Positions 18,050-27,319 of a DNA stretch of 53,056 nucleotides are shown piece by piece. The position numbers and the translations under genes were made by a program. Under the pieces are notes generated by a model. That model saw only the letters and a program-made list of their open reading frames with translations, did not search any database and was not told the DNA's origin. Source of the stretch: a virus; the IMG/VR virus record IMGVR_UViG_3300033074_002003. One strand, written 5' to 3'. Numbering within the stretch: the stretch's first letter is position 1; each line of letters starts with the position of its first letter.

Positions 18050-18631
18050 ATGCGTCCCCTGATTAAAGAGCTCGTGTCGTTACTTGTCGAAGCTGTTCTT
18101 TCGGACGATGATGCAGATATTCTGTCTGACAAATACGAGTTAGAGGCGAAAGACAAGGATCCAACAATTGCACGCGAGCGCATGCGTTGGATTGCTCGCG
18201 CGCACGGAACCCCACTCGCGGATTCGATCGCCGCTATCGATTGGCGTCTGAGAGACTTTGATTTCGTGCGCACGGTCCTGGAAGATCTAGATCGTCGTGT
18301 GTGTGTGAAGGTCGCGCTCGAGTGTGTCAGGCCCACTGTAGAGCTCGCGCCCGCAACATACGAGGATAGTGAGGAGTGGGCGAAGATCGCGATGGAAGCA
18401 GCTGAGTCTTGGCTTCGTGGTGAAACAAGCACCGAGGAGTGTTTTCATGCTGCTTCTGGTGCTATGGGCGTGGGTGACGAATTTGCTGTGGCTGCTGGTT
18501 GGGTCGCTTACGCAGCCTCTTACGCATCATCGCCCGGCGAGGCAGCTGCTGAGGCAATTTCCCGTGTTCAGCCTTCTCGCCGCGTATTTTTTCAAGCTGC
18601 GATCGACGCATGGCACGCTGAACACGGTTGA
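18050..18631 (+). CDS. hypothetical protein
   Basis: 193-aa ORF. Confidence 0.4.
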   Translation: MRPLIKELVSLLVEAVLSDDDADILSDKYELEAKDKDPTIARERMRWIARAHGTPLADSIAAIDWRLRDFDFVRTVLEDLDRRVCVKVALECVRPTVELAPATYEDSEEWAKIAMEAAESWLRGETSTEECFHAASGAMGVGDEFAVAAGWVAYAASYASSPGEAAAEAISRVQPSRRVFFQAAIDAWHAEHG

Positions 18632-18993
18632 ACACGTCCGGTCACTGCGGTAAAATACCTTACATGCTCACGCATCACTGCTACGGAAATCCGTGCTTGT
18701 TGTGTCACCCGACCACCGAGGGAAACCAATCAATGGTCGAAGATTTGCTGCACGAGAGGTTGGTTCCCGCGACGGGAATTAGCGTCGTGTTAGCAGAGCT
18801 CTTGGAGGACATATTCCGCTACGGCATCGAGGAAGACGCGTACTGGTGGCGTCAGACTGACAATCAACTATCGCTCTCTAAGATCGAGCTAGAGCGCACA
18901 CACGTCAGTGATACCTCACTCGAGGCGAAGTTGCTCGACAAGTTGATCAGTTACATGAAGAACAGCGACGAAGTACGGAGAGAACGCCCATGA
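18628..18993 (+). CDS. hypothetical protein
   Basis: 121-aa ORF, ATGA overlap. Confidence 0.4.
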   Translation: MNTSGHCGKIPYMLTHHCYGNPCLLCHPTTEGNQSMVEDLLHERLVPATGISVVLAELLEDIFRYGIEEDAYWWRQTDNQLSLSKIELERTHVSDTSLEAKLLDKLISYMKNSDEVRRERP

Positions 18994-19019
18994 CACACTG
19001 CCTCTTTACGATCTAATTG

Positions 19020-19994
19020 TCAAAAGTGGCGTGTGCTGTCAAAATATGCAACGCTAGTTAGTGGCAGTGCATCATCATAAGTCACAATAGCGTCATCAGT
19101 GATTCTCAGCAGGTGCAATTTGTGTTCAACGAACCACAGTTCTTGAGCTCGATCTGTCTCATATTTCTTGACGATAGAATTTGATCGAGGATTCATCGAT
19201 TGTCGGTGTTCTTCTAATGGACGATCAAGTCCATGCCAATAGACACCGTCGAGTTGAATGTACGTGCCCGAGCTTCGGATCAGGAAATCGAACGACCATT
19301 GCTTCGGTGTCCCTGGAACGTAGACTTGTCTTTCGATGTCGTCAGCTCCGTATTGAGTACACAAGATCACATAGAGGAGATCTTCAGGTTTTGACTTGCG
19401 ATAAGTCCCATTTCGTTTCATAGTTTCGTGTGCACGTTTCGCGTGAGCAGCCCAATCTACTTTTGATTTGATCTCATCATTTCCAAGTGCAGATTTGTGA
19501 CCGTATCTGGCAAGATTTGTCTTGTGCATTTTCTCGATCGTTGAAGGGAGTTTGGATGTGTGTTCGACACCGTACTCGGCAAGCCAGCGAGCTTTTCTTC
19601 GATTCACGACGTCCGAATTTTTCATTGGGCTAATATCACCATATCGTTCTTCACACGTGTGTCTACGCTTTGTTTCTACTACGTCAGACTGTGTGTGATG
19701 TTCTGTTCCGTATCGAGCGAGTGATGTTTGACGTATCTTTTTGTCTAAGACATTGTTCTTTTTGTGCGCGTGTGAAACACACGTTCGTGAACAGAAATGA
19801 ATTTCTTTCTTCAAAATCGCTGTATAATGTGCAGCGCCCAAGTAATGTCGTTTGCACTGATTGCACTCGAGTTTTACCCGATAGTGTGTGGTTTGTTTAC
19901 CTGTTGGCGTAGTAACGGGCACCTCGATGACTTGGATGATCATTGTTCTGTGACTAAGTAATATGTAGCTAAGCAAAAATTTGCTGAGGAACAC
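19020..19994 (-). CDS. free-standing homing-endonuclease-like protein (Zn ribbon + 'xRYG' repeats + DUF559/Vsr-like PD-(D/E)XK nuclease domain)
   Basis: 'CNQCKRHY...CSRTCVSHAH'; four ~22-aa repeats (ARYGTEHHTQSDVVETK / EERYGDISPMKNSDVVNRRK / AEYGVEHTSK / ARYGHKSALGNDEIKSK); C-terminal 'SFDFLIRSSGTYIQLDGVYWH'; AT-rich island, opposite strand to neighbours. Confidence 0.6.
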   Translation of the reverse strand: MFLSKFLLSYILLSHRTMIIQVIEVPVTTPTGKQTTHYRVKLECNQCKRHYLGAAHYTAILKKEIHFCSRTCVSHAHKKNNVLDKKIRQTSLARYGTEHHTQSDVVETKRRHTCEERYGDISPMKNSDVVNRRKARWLAEYGVEHTSKLPSTIEKMHKTNLARYGHKSALGNDEIKSKVDWAAHAKRAHETMKRNGTYRKSKPEDLLYVILCTQYGADDIERQVYVPGTPKQWSFDFLIRSSGTYIQLDGVYWHGLDRPLEEHRQSMNPRSNSIVKKYETDRAQELWFVEHKLHLLRITDDAIVTYDDALPLTSVAYFDSTRHF

Positions 19995-19998
19995 TTGA

Positions 19999-21297
19999 AT
20001 GACCCACTTGTTGATTGCCCCACAGTATTCAAATTACAATCGTGATGGCATCTACATGCTTCATGCAGACTCAACCGCAAACATGACGTTCAACAAGCTT
20101 CGTGTCATGTTGCAACTCGATCCCGAATTCACGGCAGATGTTCTTGTCCCGCCGCGCGAGCTCACCCAGATTCAGCCCGAAGACCTGACAGCCTCGATTC
20201 CTGGTATCGAGCGGGTGACGTTTCTGAGGCATGGGCTCGCTCCCAACGCAGCCCGCACGCGCTACGATTTCCGGTACGAGGAGATGAAACAGATCCTCGC
20301 GAGTAGGGAAAAGTACACGCACGCGTACATCATGGATCCGATGCACGTGAGGAACTACAAGGCATTGTTCTTCCTCGAGCTGAAGTACATGCCGAAGATC
20401 GTGTGCAACTCTCACTTCATCGATGATCCCGACAATCCCGTCGTAGCGAAGGACATTCAGTACTGGTTCGGGCAGGTAGAGGGCCATGTGAAGGCTGACC
20501 TGAACGTCTGGCAGTGCAAATCTGCTCAGGATGTTTTCGAGCGCGCGGCGATCAAACACGGCCTCAATCCAGAGTTCGTCGAGGGACTCTCTGAGAAGAG
20601 CTACTGTTGGGACGCAGGGTACTCTCACTACGAGATGTCACAGCCCGTGAACGAGGTACTCGCGAGGAAGAGGTTCCTGCGCGATTTCAGTGACATCGAT
20701 CCAGACAAGTTCCGCGTCTTCGTTCCCAATCGCATGGGCGGGAAGATCAACGGCGTCGAGAGGTCGCTCGACTACACGAACGCCGGGAAATTTGTCCTCG
20801 AGGTGACGAACGACGTCTGGACCCGGCGACAGGATTTCGTCGTCATTGCCGGAAATCCGAACCAGAAGATTACGAACGCAGAGATCGAGGAGCGCGTCCC
20901 GGCGTACTTCAGGATGCTCCGCGACGGCACTTTTGAGCGCGAGGAGTATCGCTACGTCGCGAAGAAGTGTGACATCGTCGTGGGCGCGTTCACAGTCGAC
21001 TCTTACGGTGGGACGGCGTGGCGCGAGTGTGTCGACCAGGGGTGTATGCCAGTGCTCGCGGACTGTTACGAGCAGCACGTCATCCTCGAGGCGGCGCAGT
21101 GGCCGATGGAGATGCGCATTAGGCCCGATCTGAGTAATATGGCGTCAGCTCTCGAGGCGACGATGGACTACCTGCGATCTCTCGAGAAGCGCGGGCCGGC
21201 AAATCCGCTTCTCGACAGGATCAAGAAGATCGTTCGGGAGGAGTGCTCTTTCGAGGAGACGACCCGTCCCGCGATGGTCGCGATGGGAATGTTGTAG
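19999..21297 (+). CDS. GT-B fold glycosyltransferase
   Basis: C-terminal 'FVVIAGNPNQK...CDIVVGAFTVDSYGGTAWRECVDQGCMPVLAD' resembles GT4-type EX7E donor-binding domain. Confidence 0.5.
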   Translation: MTHLLIAPQYSNYNRDGIYMLHADSTANMTFNKLRVMLQLDPEFTADVLVPPRELTQIQPEDLTASIPGIERVTFLRHGLAPNAARTRYDFRYEEMKQILASREKYTHAYIMDPMHVRNYKALFFLELKYMPKIVCNSHFIDDPDNPVVAKDIQYWFGQVEGHVKADLNVWQCKSAQDVFERAAIKHGLNPEFVEGLSEKSYCWDAGYSHYEMSQPVNEVLARKRFLRDFSDIDPDKFRVFVPNRMGGKINGVERSLDYTNAGKFVLEVTNDVWTRRQDFVVIAGNPNQKITNAEIEERVPAYFRMLRDGTFEREEYRYVAKKCDIVVGAFTVDSYGGTAWRECVDQGCMPVLADCYEQHVILEAAQWPMEMRIRPDLSNMASALEATMDYLRSLEKRGPANPLLDRIKKIVREECSFEETTRPAMVAMGML

Positions 21298-21320
21298 CGC
21301 GATCGTGCTACTTAGTCGTC

Positions 21321-21560
21321 ATGCTAAAAGGACGACTCCCGACGCTTCGTGAGGCACTTCTCGGTGAGGGCGTCCTGACACAGGACGAGTTCTACGTGAA
21401 GCAGATGATCAACATGGCCCTCGGGCAGGGTCTCATGAAAGTCCTACGAGACAGGCACGTTGAGGTAGGTGAGGACGAGATTTTTGATCTCATTCCCGCA
21501 GACGTCCACTCGCAGATTGAACAGTTGGCTCGGGCGGCGGTAGAAAAGCTAAAAGTCTGA
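21321..21560 (+). CDS. hypothetical protein
   Basis: ATG at 21321 after GT stop. Confidence 0.35.
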   Translation: MLKGRLPTLREALLGEGVLTQDEFYVKQMINMALGQGLMKVLRDRHVEVGEDEIFDLIPADVHSQIEQLARAAVEKLKV

Positions 21561-21602
21561 CGGGTCGTGCTACGTTGCACTTCCCTGCTGAAACGGGGAA
21601 AG

Positions 21603-23174
21603 ATGCAGAAAATTACGAAGCGCGATTGGGTGAAGTACTTTCCGTTTGACGCACCCCGAAAGGACCAAGAGGAGTTCATCGACTTCGCCCTGAACGCGTT
21701 CATGCGCGAGGGGAAGCGTTTTGTGATCGGTGAGCTCCCGATGGGCATCGGCAAGTCTGCTGTCGCCGTGACGATCGCGCGCTACCTGGCGGCGACCGAT
21801 CCCCCGACAGAACTAGACGACGAGGGCGAACCAATCGTGACGCGCGGCGCGTACGTGCTCACGACACAGAAGATCCTGCAGGAACAGTACCTCGCCGACT
21901 TCCAGAAGTTCGACATGGAGTCGATCAAGTCGAGCTCCAACTACCAGTGCAGATTCTACACAGAGCAGAGCTGTGCGGAATCACTGAGGGTGCTCACAAA
22001 GCTTGAGAGCCGCATCATGGGCACTCCGTTTTTCAAACAGTGCAAGGGGGCGTGTGCCTACAAGGAAGCCAAACAGGTTTTTCTGAGGGCAGAGATGGGC
22101 TGCACGAACTTCTCGTACTTCCTCGCGGAAACGATGTACGGCGGTGCCCTCGTCCCGCGCCAGCTGCTCGTGATGGACGAGGCTCACAATGTCGAGGGCG
22201 AAGTAGCGAAATTCGTTGCGGTGAAGATCGACCCTACGTCAGATCGCGAGGTCGTGAAACTTCCCGTTCCGTCGTTCGCAGACCAGGGCGCGGCCTTCGA
22301 TTGGGTGCGTGCTACCTACATTCCCGCTGCGTTGAAGATCAAGGACAAGCTCACGAAGAAGATCGAGAAGGCCATCGCGAAAGAGGACAAGCCCTCTCGC
22401 TCGACGATGCGCGCGATGAAGGACAACGAGTCGCTCGACAAGCACATCTGCAAGCTCAATCGGTTCGTTGACTCGTACAACCCTCGCGACTGGGTGTTCA
22501 ACGCGGGAGAAAATACGATTGAGTTTAAGCCCGTTGACATCTCTCGTCACACGGACTTTCACCTCTTCAAGCACTCGCCGAAGATTCTGATGCTGTCGGC
22601 GACGATCCTCGATTTCGATTTCTACTGCGACACGCTTGGTATCGACAAGTCGCAGGCGGCGTTCAGAAGCTTTGACTCGCCGTTTGACGCGGCGAACCGT
22701 CCCATTCACTACGTTCCCGTGGGAAAGATGAACGCCGGTGAGATCGACAAGACGCTGCCCTCGCTCGTCGAGATGGTGCGCGAGATCATGAAGCAGCATC
22801 CCAAAGACAAGGGTGTGATACATTGCTTTGCGGGCGAAACACCAATAAAAGTAGTTGATGGGAGTGTCGTGTGTGAAAAACGAATCGACTCTCTCGTTAT
22901 CGGTGACGCTGTCATTACGTGGAATGAGATGGGCGGAAGGTTTGAGACGAGTTGTGTCGACGCTGTCATCGACAACGGGAATCTCGCGTGTGTTGAGCTT
23001 ACGTTTGACAACGGTCGTACACTTACGTGCACACCAGAACACGAATTCTTGACAAGGAATCGCGGTTGGGTTACTGCAGCTGATCTAGATGAAAAAGACG
23101 ACGTGATTGATACGTTGGATGATACATATATGAATGCCACCTCACATCCTTCCCAAGTTGTTTCGAATCGGTGA
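21603..23174 (+). CDS. Rad3/XPD/DinG-family helicase, N-terminal fragment (motifs I-II + FeS Cys cluster) ending in split-intein N-fragment (IntN, ~116 aa)
   Basis: 'FPFDAPRKDQ', Walker A 'GELPMGIGKS', 'LLVMDEAHN' (DEAH), 4 Cys 'YQCRFY...QSCAES...KQCKGACAYKEAK'; intein block A 'CFAGET' at 22824, block B 'TCTPEHEFLT'; stop after IntN. Confidence 0.8.
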   Translation: MQKITKRDWVKYFPFDAPRKDQEEFIDFALNAFMREGKRFVIGELPMGIGKSAVAVTIARYLAATDPPTELDDEGEPIVTRGAYVLTTQKILQEQYLADFQKFDMESIKSSSNYQCRFYTEQSCAESLRVLTKLESRIMGTPFFKQCKGACAYKEAKQVFLRAEMGCTNFSYFLAETMYGGALVPRQLLVMDEAHNVEGEVAKFVAVKIDPTSDREVVKLPVPSFADQGAAFDWVRATYIPAALKIKDKLTKKIEKAIAKEDKPSRSTMRAMKDNESLDKHICKLNRFVDSYNPRDWVFNAGENTIEFKPVDISRHTDFHLFKHSPKILMLSATILDFDFYCDTLGIDKSQAAFRSFDSPFDAANRPIHYVPVGKMNAGEIDKTLPSLVEMVREIMKQHPKDKGVIHCFAGETPIKVVDGSVVCEKRIDSLVIGDAVITWNEMGGRFETSCVDAVIDNGNLACVELTFDNGRTLTCTPEHEFLTRNRGWVTAADLDEKDDVIDTLDDTYMNATSHPSQVVSNR

Positions 23175-24001
23175 ATACACGCTTGACAAAACAACTCTTA
23201 CGCTACAACATCTCCATCAGCGCAAAGACAGTTCGGGTCGAAAGCGTCGGTTTGAATATCCTTGTGATGATTGTGGGAAGATTTACGTAACGAAGATCAA
23301 AGATGAGATCGGCAAACAACTTCCCTGGATTTGTCGAAGCTGCCGTTGCAAAAAAGAATGGCAAGATCCGCGCTACCGTGAAGCTATTCTAGCTGGATTC
23401 ACAGAGAAAACTCGTGAGGCACTGCGGGAATGTGGGAAGCGAAATATGCACAAGATGTGGAACGATCCCACAAAAAGAGCGGAATTGTGTGCGAAAGGGA
23501 AAGCGAGGGATCCAGAGTGTTATGCTCGCGCTGCACGGAGCTCTAAGAGATCGAACATTAGAATTCACTGGAAAACTGGACAAGAACTAGTTTGCGTCGG
23601 TGGTTATGAACTCGCATTTGTGAATTGGGCGAACGCAAATTTCATTGATTTTGATTGGCAGATTCCTCATGTCATGGAAAATGGGCGAAAGTACATCATA
23701 GATGCGTTCATAAAAACGGGTGAATTTGCAAATACGTGGATCGAAATAAAAGGAACTTGGAACAGGCAGAACGGGCACATCGGAAGAGAGAAGTGGGAAG
23801 CTTTTCACACAAAATACGCAAATTCTGCTTTGTGGATGCAACCGGACCTTGAAAATTTGGGTATTTTAGTTCGTGGTAAACCGAACAAGAGGTGGGAAAG
23901 TGAAATTGATTGCAAGGAAACAGGTGGGTCTGCGACGAGTATTTGACATTACGGTGCGCGGGACGCACACATTTGTCGCCGCTGACGCTGTAGTTCACAA
24001 C
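22824..24001 (+). mobile_element. naturally split intein (IntN 22824-23171, IntC 23900-24001) with intervening free-standing endonuclease gene
   Basis: IntN and IntC in different reading frames separated by stop codon and an independent ORF; IntC 'MKLIARKQVGLRRVFDITVRGTHTFVAADAVVHN|C' resembles DnaE IntC. Confidence 0.75.
23134..23946 (+). CDS. homing-endonuclease-like protein (CxxC Zn finger + PD-(D/E)XK-like core), paralog of 26444..27319
   Basis: 'YPCDDCGKIY...WICRSCRC'; 'RKYIIDAFIKTGEFANTWIEIKG' (D...ExK); AT-rich; start codon uncertain. Confidence 0.5.
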   Translation: MPPHILPKLFRIGEYTLDKTTLTLQHLHQRKDSSGRKRRFEYPCDDCGKIYVTKIKDEIGKQLPWICRSCRCKKEWQDPRYREAILAGFTEKTREALRECGKRNMHKMWNDPTKRAELCAKGKARDPECYARAARSSKRSNIRIHWKTGQELVCVGGYELAFVNWANANFIDFDWQIPHVMENGRKYIIDAFIKTGEFANTWIEIKGTWNRQNGHIGREKWEAFHTKYANSALWMQPDLENLGILVRGKPNKRWESEIDCKETGGSATSI

Positions 24002-24430
24002 TGCCACTCATACAAGATTCTGAACGCTCTTCGCGATGGGATCAAAGACAAGCGCCTCCTCTTTCAGACCTCCGGCGACGTCCGCGACAAGATCCTGCAG
24101 GAACACGCGCTCACCGATGCTCCCACGGTGCTCGTCTCGCCCTCGATGACAGAGGGCGTCGACCTGAAGGACGACCTCTCGCGGTTCCAGATCTTCTGCA
24201 AGGTGCCCTTCCCGTACCTCGGAGACGAGTACTGCAAGCGCAAGATGAGCCGAACACCCGATTGGTACCCGTACGTCACCGCACGCACGATTATCCAGGC
24301 TTCCGGGCGCTCGATCAGGAACTCGTCAGACTGGGCTGTGACGTACATGCTCGACGGGAGCTTTGACTGGTTCTACAGGCAGAACAAGCGTTTCTTCCCG
24401 GAGTACTTCAAGAAGTCCGTACACATGTAA
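23900..24430 (+). CDS. split-intein C-fragment (35 aa) + helicase C-terminal fragment (motifs IV-VI)
   Basis: GAGGTGG SD 4 nt before GTG 23900; 'VVHN|CHSYKIL', 'SMTEGVDL', 'QASGRSIRNSSDW' (motif VI). Confidence 0.75.
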   Translation: MKLIARKQVGLRRVFDITVRGTHTFVAADAVVHNCHSYKILNALRDGIKDKRLLFQTSGDVRDKILQEHALTDAPTVLVSPSMTEGVDLKDDLSRFQIFCKVPFPYLGDEYCKRKMSRTPDWYPYVTARTIIQASGRSIRNSSDWAVTYMLDGSFDWFYRQNKRFFPEYFKKSVHM

Positions 24431-24497
24431 GCTTCCAATTGTTTGATCGCTGAACAAAATTCTTCGCTCCCCATACTCATAAATTGGGGCGTCAAGA

Positions 24498-25160
24498 ATG
24501 CACAGAACGTGGAAGTGGTTGATCGCGCTGTGCATCATTGCCGCGCTTGTCTCGTGTGCGAAGGGAATGAGCACCTCTACGAGGTACCTCACGAACGGGA
24601 AAGGGTACCAGTGTTCGGTCCCGATGCCTATCTTCAAGCGTGCCGTCTACGTTGACGAGAAGTTCACACCCGTACAGGTTGTGCTCCTCTCAGAGGCGAT
24701 GGCAAAGTGGCGCCGCTCGACAGTCGGGTTCGTAGACTACGAGATCAAGGGCAGCTTCAAACACAACAAGTTCGGCAGCCTCCCGGAGTTCTCTAGCGAG
24801 TCTGTGTACATCTTCTACGGTTCGAGTGACGACCCAGAGGGGAAGCGCGATCCGATGATCCTCGGTTCTGCGAATCGGACGTCGATCGATATTGTGATGG
24901 ATCGCATCGTTGACAGTTCACCGTGGGATCGGAAGCTTGTGGGCGTCACAATGCACGAGATCGGGCACACGATCGGGATCGGTCATATCAAGGACGAACC
25001 CGATGCCCTCATGGCACCCATTTGCAGCACGGCCTGCAGCGACCCGCAGATCACGATCTATGACCTGACGGCGATGTGTAACTCTGCGTTCGAGCAGGCA
25101 AAATCAGACGGGTGGACGCACAACCTGCGGTACTCTGTAAATGGTGAGCCGACGCAGTAA
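24498..25160 (+). CDS. metzincin-type zinc metallopeptidase lipoprotein
   Basis: signal peptide + lipobox 'ALVSC'; 'VTMHEIGHTIGIGH' HExxHxxGxxH. Confidence 0.6.
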   Translation: MHRTWKWLIALCIIAALVSCAKGMSTSTRYLTNGKGYQCSVPMPIFKRAVYVDEKFTPVQVVLLSEAMAKWRRSTVGFVDYEIKGSFKHNKFGSLPEFSSESVYIFYGSSDDPEGKRDPMILGSANRTSIDIVMDRIVDSSPWDRKLVGVTMHEIGHTIGIGHIKDEPDALMAPICSTACSDPQITIYDLTAMCNSAFEQAKSDGWTHNLRYSVNGEPTQ

Positions 25161-25169
25161 AATCTGTGC

Positions 25170-25739
25170 ATGAGCAAAGAGGAGATTTATGTGAGCGTGG
25201 ATATCGAGGCCACGGGCCCCGCTCCTGCGCTCAATTCGATGATTTCACTGGGTGCCGTTGCCTTCTACAAGGGCAAGGAGATTGCTTCGTTTGAAGCAAA
25301 CATTCGTGAGCTACCTGAGGCTACTCGCGATCCCTCGACAATGTCCTGGTGGCGAGATCACCTAGAAGCTTGGGACTACGCCCAACAAAATCAGGAGCAC
25401 CCCTCACATGTAATGTTGCGCTTCAATGATTGGGTGAAGAACCTCCCGGGCCGTCCGATCTTCCTTGCGTACCCCGCAGGATTTGATTTCACGTTCGTGT
25501 ATTGGTACTTTCACGCTTTCGTCGGGTCGTGCCCGTTCACCTTCTCAGCCATTGACATGAAGTCATACGCGATGGCTTGTCTCAAGACACCGTACAGCGA
25601 GACTGTCAAGAGAAATTTCCCGGCCGAGTGGCAGGATCCGGCGGGCGTCGTGAAGCACAATCACCACGCGGTAGATGACGCTCGGGAACAGGGTGAGATG
25701 TTCATGAGAATCATGGAGAGCAACGGACACAAATGGTAA
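25170..25739 (+). CDS. DnaQ-like 3'-5' exonuclease (DEDDh)
   Basis: Exo I 'VSVDIEATGP', Exo III 'HHAVDDA'. Confidence 0.75.
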   Translation: MSKEEIYVSVDIEATGPAPALNSMISLGAVAFYKGKEIASFEANIRELPEATRDPSTMSWWRDHLEAWDYAQQNQEHPSHVMLRFNDWVKNLPGRPIFLAYPAGFDFTFVYWYFHAFVGSCPFTFSAIDMKSYAMACLKTPYSETVKRNFPAEWQDPAGVVKHNHHAVDDAREQGEMFMRIMESNGHKW

Positions 25740-26188
25740 GCACAGAATCACAACAGACAGCAGAACCCATTGACATTGAACTGGTATTGGACGCTCTCGG
25801 CGAGGAACGATCGCTTGACGAGATGTTTACCGACGCGGTGAAGCTGTGGGACGCCGAACGCTCAGACAGGGCGAGGCTTCTTGTGCGCGTACTTCACTAC
25901 TTGAAGAACCTCGCTGAACGTCCCATGACTGGCGCAGTGCCGCGCGCGCCACGCGCGAAGAAGATCGAGCGCTCGCCCGAAGAGGGTACGCTACATCCGA
26001 AGGCGATCGAGGCTGGCCTCTCGCCCGATATGAAGCTCCTCGGGAAGTATCCCGTCGCGTGTCCGGCGTGCGGCGGAACTGAGATGGTCGTGAAACAGAC
26101 ACGCGACGGGTCGAGGTGGTTCCTCGGATGCCCACAGTATTCTGTGACGGGATGTAAGGGAGCGATCTCGTACAAGGAATTCAAGTAG
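25733..26188 (+). CDS. hypothetical protein with C-terminal topoisomerase-type C4 zinc ribbon
   Basis: 'CPACGGTEMVVKQTRDGSRWFLGCPQYSVTGC'. Confidence 0.45.
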   Translation: MVSTESQQTAEPIDIELVLDALGEERSLDEMFTDAVKLWDAERSDRARLLVRVLHYLKNLAERPMTGAVPRAPRAKKIERSPEEGTLHPKAIEAGLSPDMKLLGKYPVACPACGGTEMVVKQTRDGSRWFLGCPQYSVTGCKGAISYKEFK

Positions 26189-26425
26189 ATGGGTTACCAA
26201 ATTCCGAGCAACGCTCACATCTCGGCGCTCATGCATAAGGTACTCGAAGAGGAAAGAACGGGTGCGCGGGCCCTGTCGAGTGTAGATGCTCTCGAGGTCG
26301 CTCGTAGCTTTGCTCACGCGCGCACTGATCAACCGCTCGGTCCTTTGGTGTATTACCTCACGCTGCGTGTGAGCGAGCTTGAGGCGAAGCTTGCCACACG
26401 CGAGAAGAAAAAGAGGAAGAAGTGA
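26189..26425 (+). CDS. hypothetical protein
   Basis: 78-aa ORF. Confidence 0.35.
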   Translation: MGYQIPSNAHISALMHKVLEEERTGARALSSVDALEVARSFAHARTDQPLGPLVYYLTLRVSELEAKLATREKKKRKK

Positions 26426-26443
26426 GCGGGAATAGATTTCTAT

Positions 26444-27319
26444 TTGTTAGACGGTGATGACACAACTGATTCATCGAACATAGTTAAAGCTATGAGCAAA
26501 TTTGTTGGTCACTTTAAGTGTGAATTTTGTCTGGAAGACTTCGAAAAAGAAGTGCATTCGAGTGCGAAGAAAATGCCACGATTTTGCAGCAAATCGTGTG
26601 GTAGCAAGTGGCTACACGCAAATGGCAAAAAGTGTACACTAAACAGCAAGACGACATACGAATGGTGGATTGAAAAACACGGACAAGAAGAAGCTGATAG
26701 ACGATTTAGTGCTTGGAGACAAAAGATCTCAGAGCGTACGTCTGGCGAAAACAATGCGATGTTTGGTAAGCACGCACACACTCACGGGTTGAAAAAATAC
26801 GCGTTCGAAAAGACGGGTAAGTCACTCGAACAGATCCATGGTGTTGAGCTAGCAAAAGATATCAAGCATAGAGTCTCAGTGAGTATGACGGGCGAAAACA
26901 ATCCTGCGTACGGGAAAGTATATCCAAATGCGGGACGATCTGTCAAGGGTCACTATAAAGGCATCTTCTTCCGAAGTCTATTTGAGTACTCGTTCTTGAA
27001 GCACCTGGAGTCAATAGGAGTCGAGTTGACAGACGTAAAGTGTGAATCGTTCAGGATTCCGTATGCTGAGGGCAGAACGTACATACCTGATTTTTATGTT
27101 CCTGAACACAAAACTGTTTACGAGGTGAAACCCTCGTCTTGGCACACTAACACAACAGTGATTGCAAAATGTGAAGCTGCAAAGAGATTTCTGGCTGAAA
27201 AGGGACTTGAGTTCAAGATGGTCACCGAGCTTGATTTCCCGAAGATACGCTTCGACGAAGCACGCAAAGATCCAAACGTAGTTTGGAAGGAGAAGTCATT
27301 TGAGCACTTCAAGAAGTAA
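26444..27319 (+). CDS. free-standing homing-endonuclease-like protein (Zn finger + PD-(D/E)XK), paralog of 23134..23946
   Basis: 'FKCEFCLEDF...RFCSKSCGSKW'; 'RTYIPDFYVPEHKTVYEVKPSSW'; AT-rich island. Confidence 0.55.
   Translation: MLDGDDTTDSSNIVKAMSKFVGHFKCEFCLEDFEKEVHSSAKKMPRFCSKSCGSKWLHANGKKCTLNSKTTYEWWIEKHGQEEADRRFSAWRQKISERTSGENNAMFGKHAHTHGLKKYAFEKTGKSLEQIHGVELAKDIKHRVSVSMTGENNPAYGKVYPNAGRSVKGHYKGIFFRSLFEYSFLKHLESIGVELTDVKCESFRIPYAEGRTYIPDFYVPEHKTVYEVKPSSWHTNTTVIAKCEAAKRFLAEKGLEFKMVTELDFPKIRFDEARKDPNVVWKEKSFEHFKK

Noticed and set aside
22239-23042. 267-aa minus-strand ORF inside helicase/intein region
   Set aside because: antisense to helicase motifs and intein block A which are unambiguous on + strand
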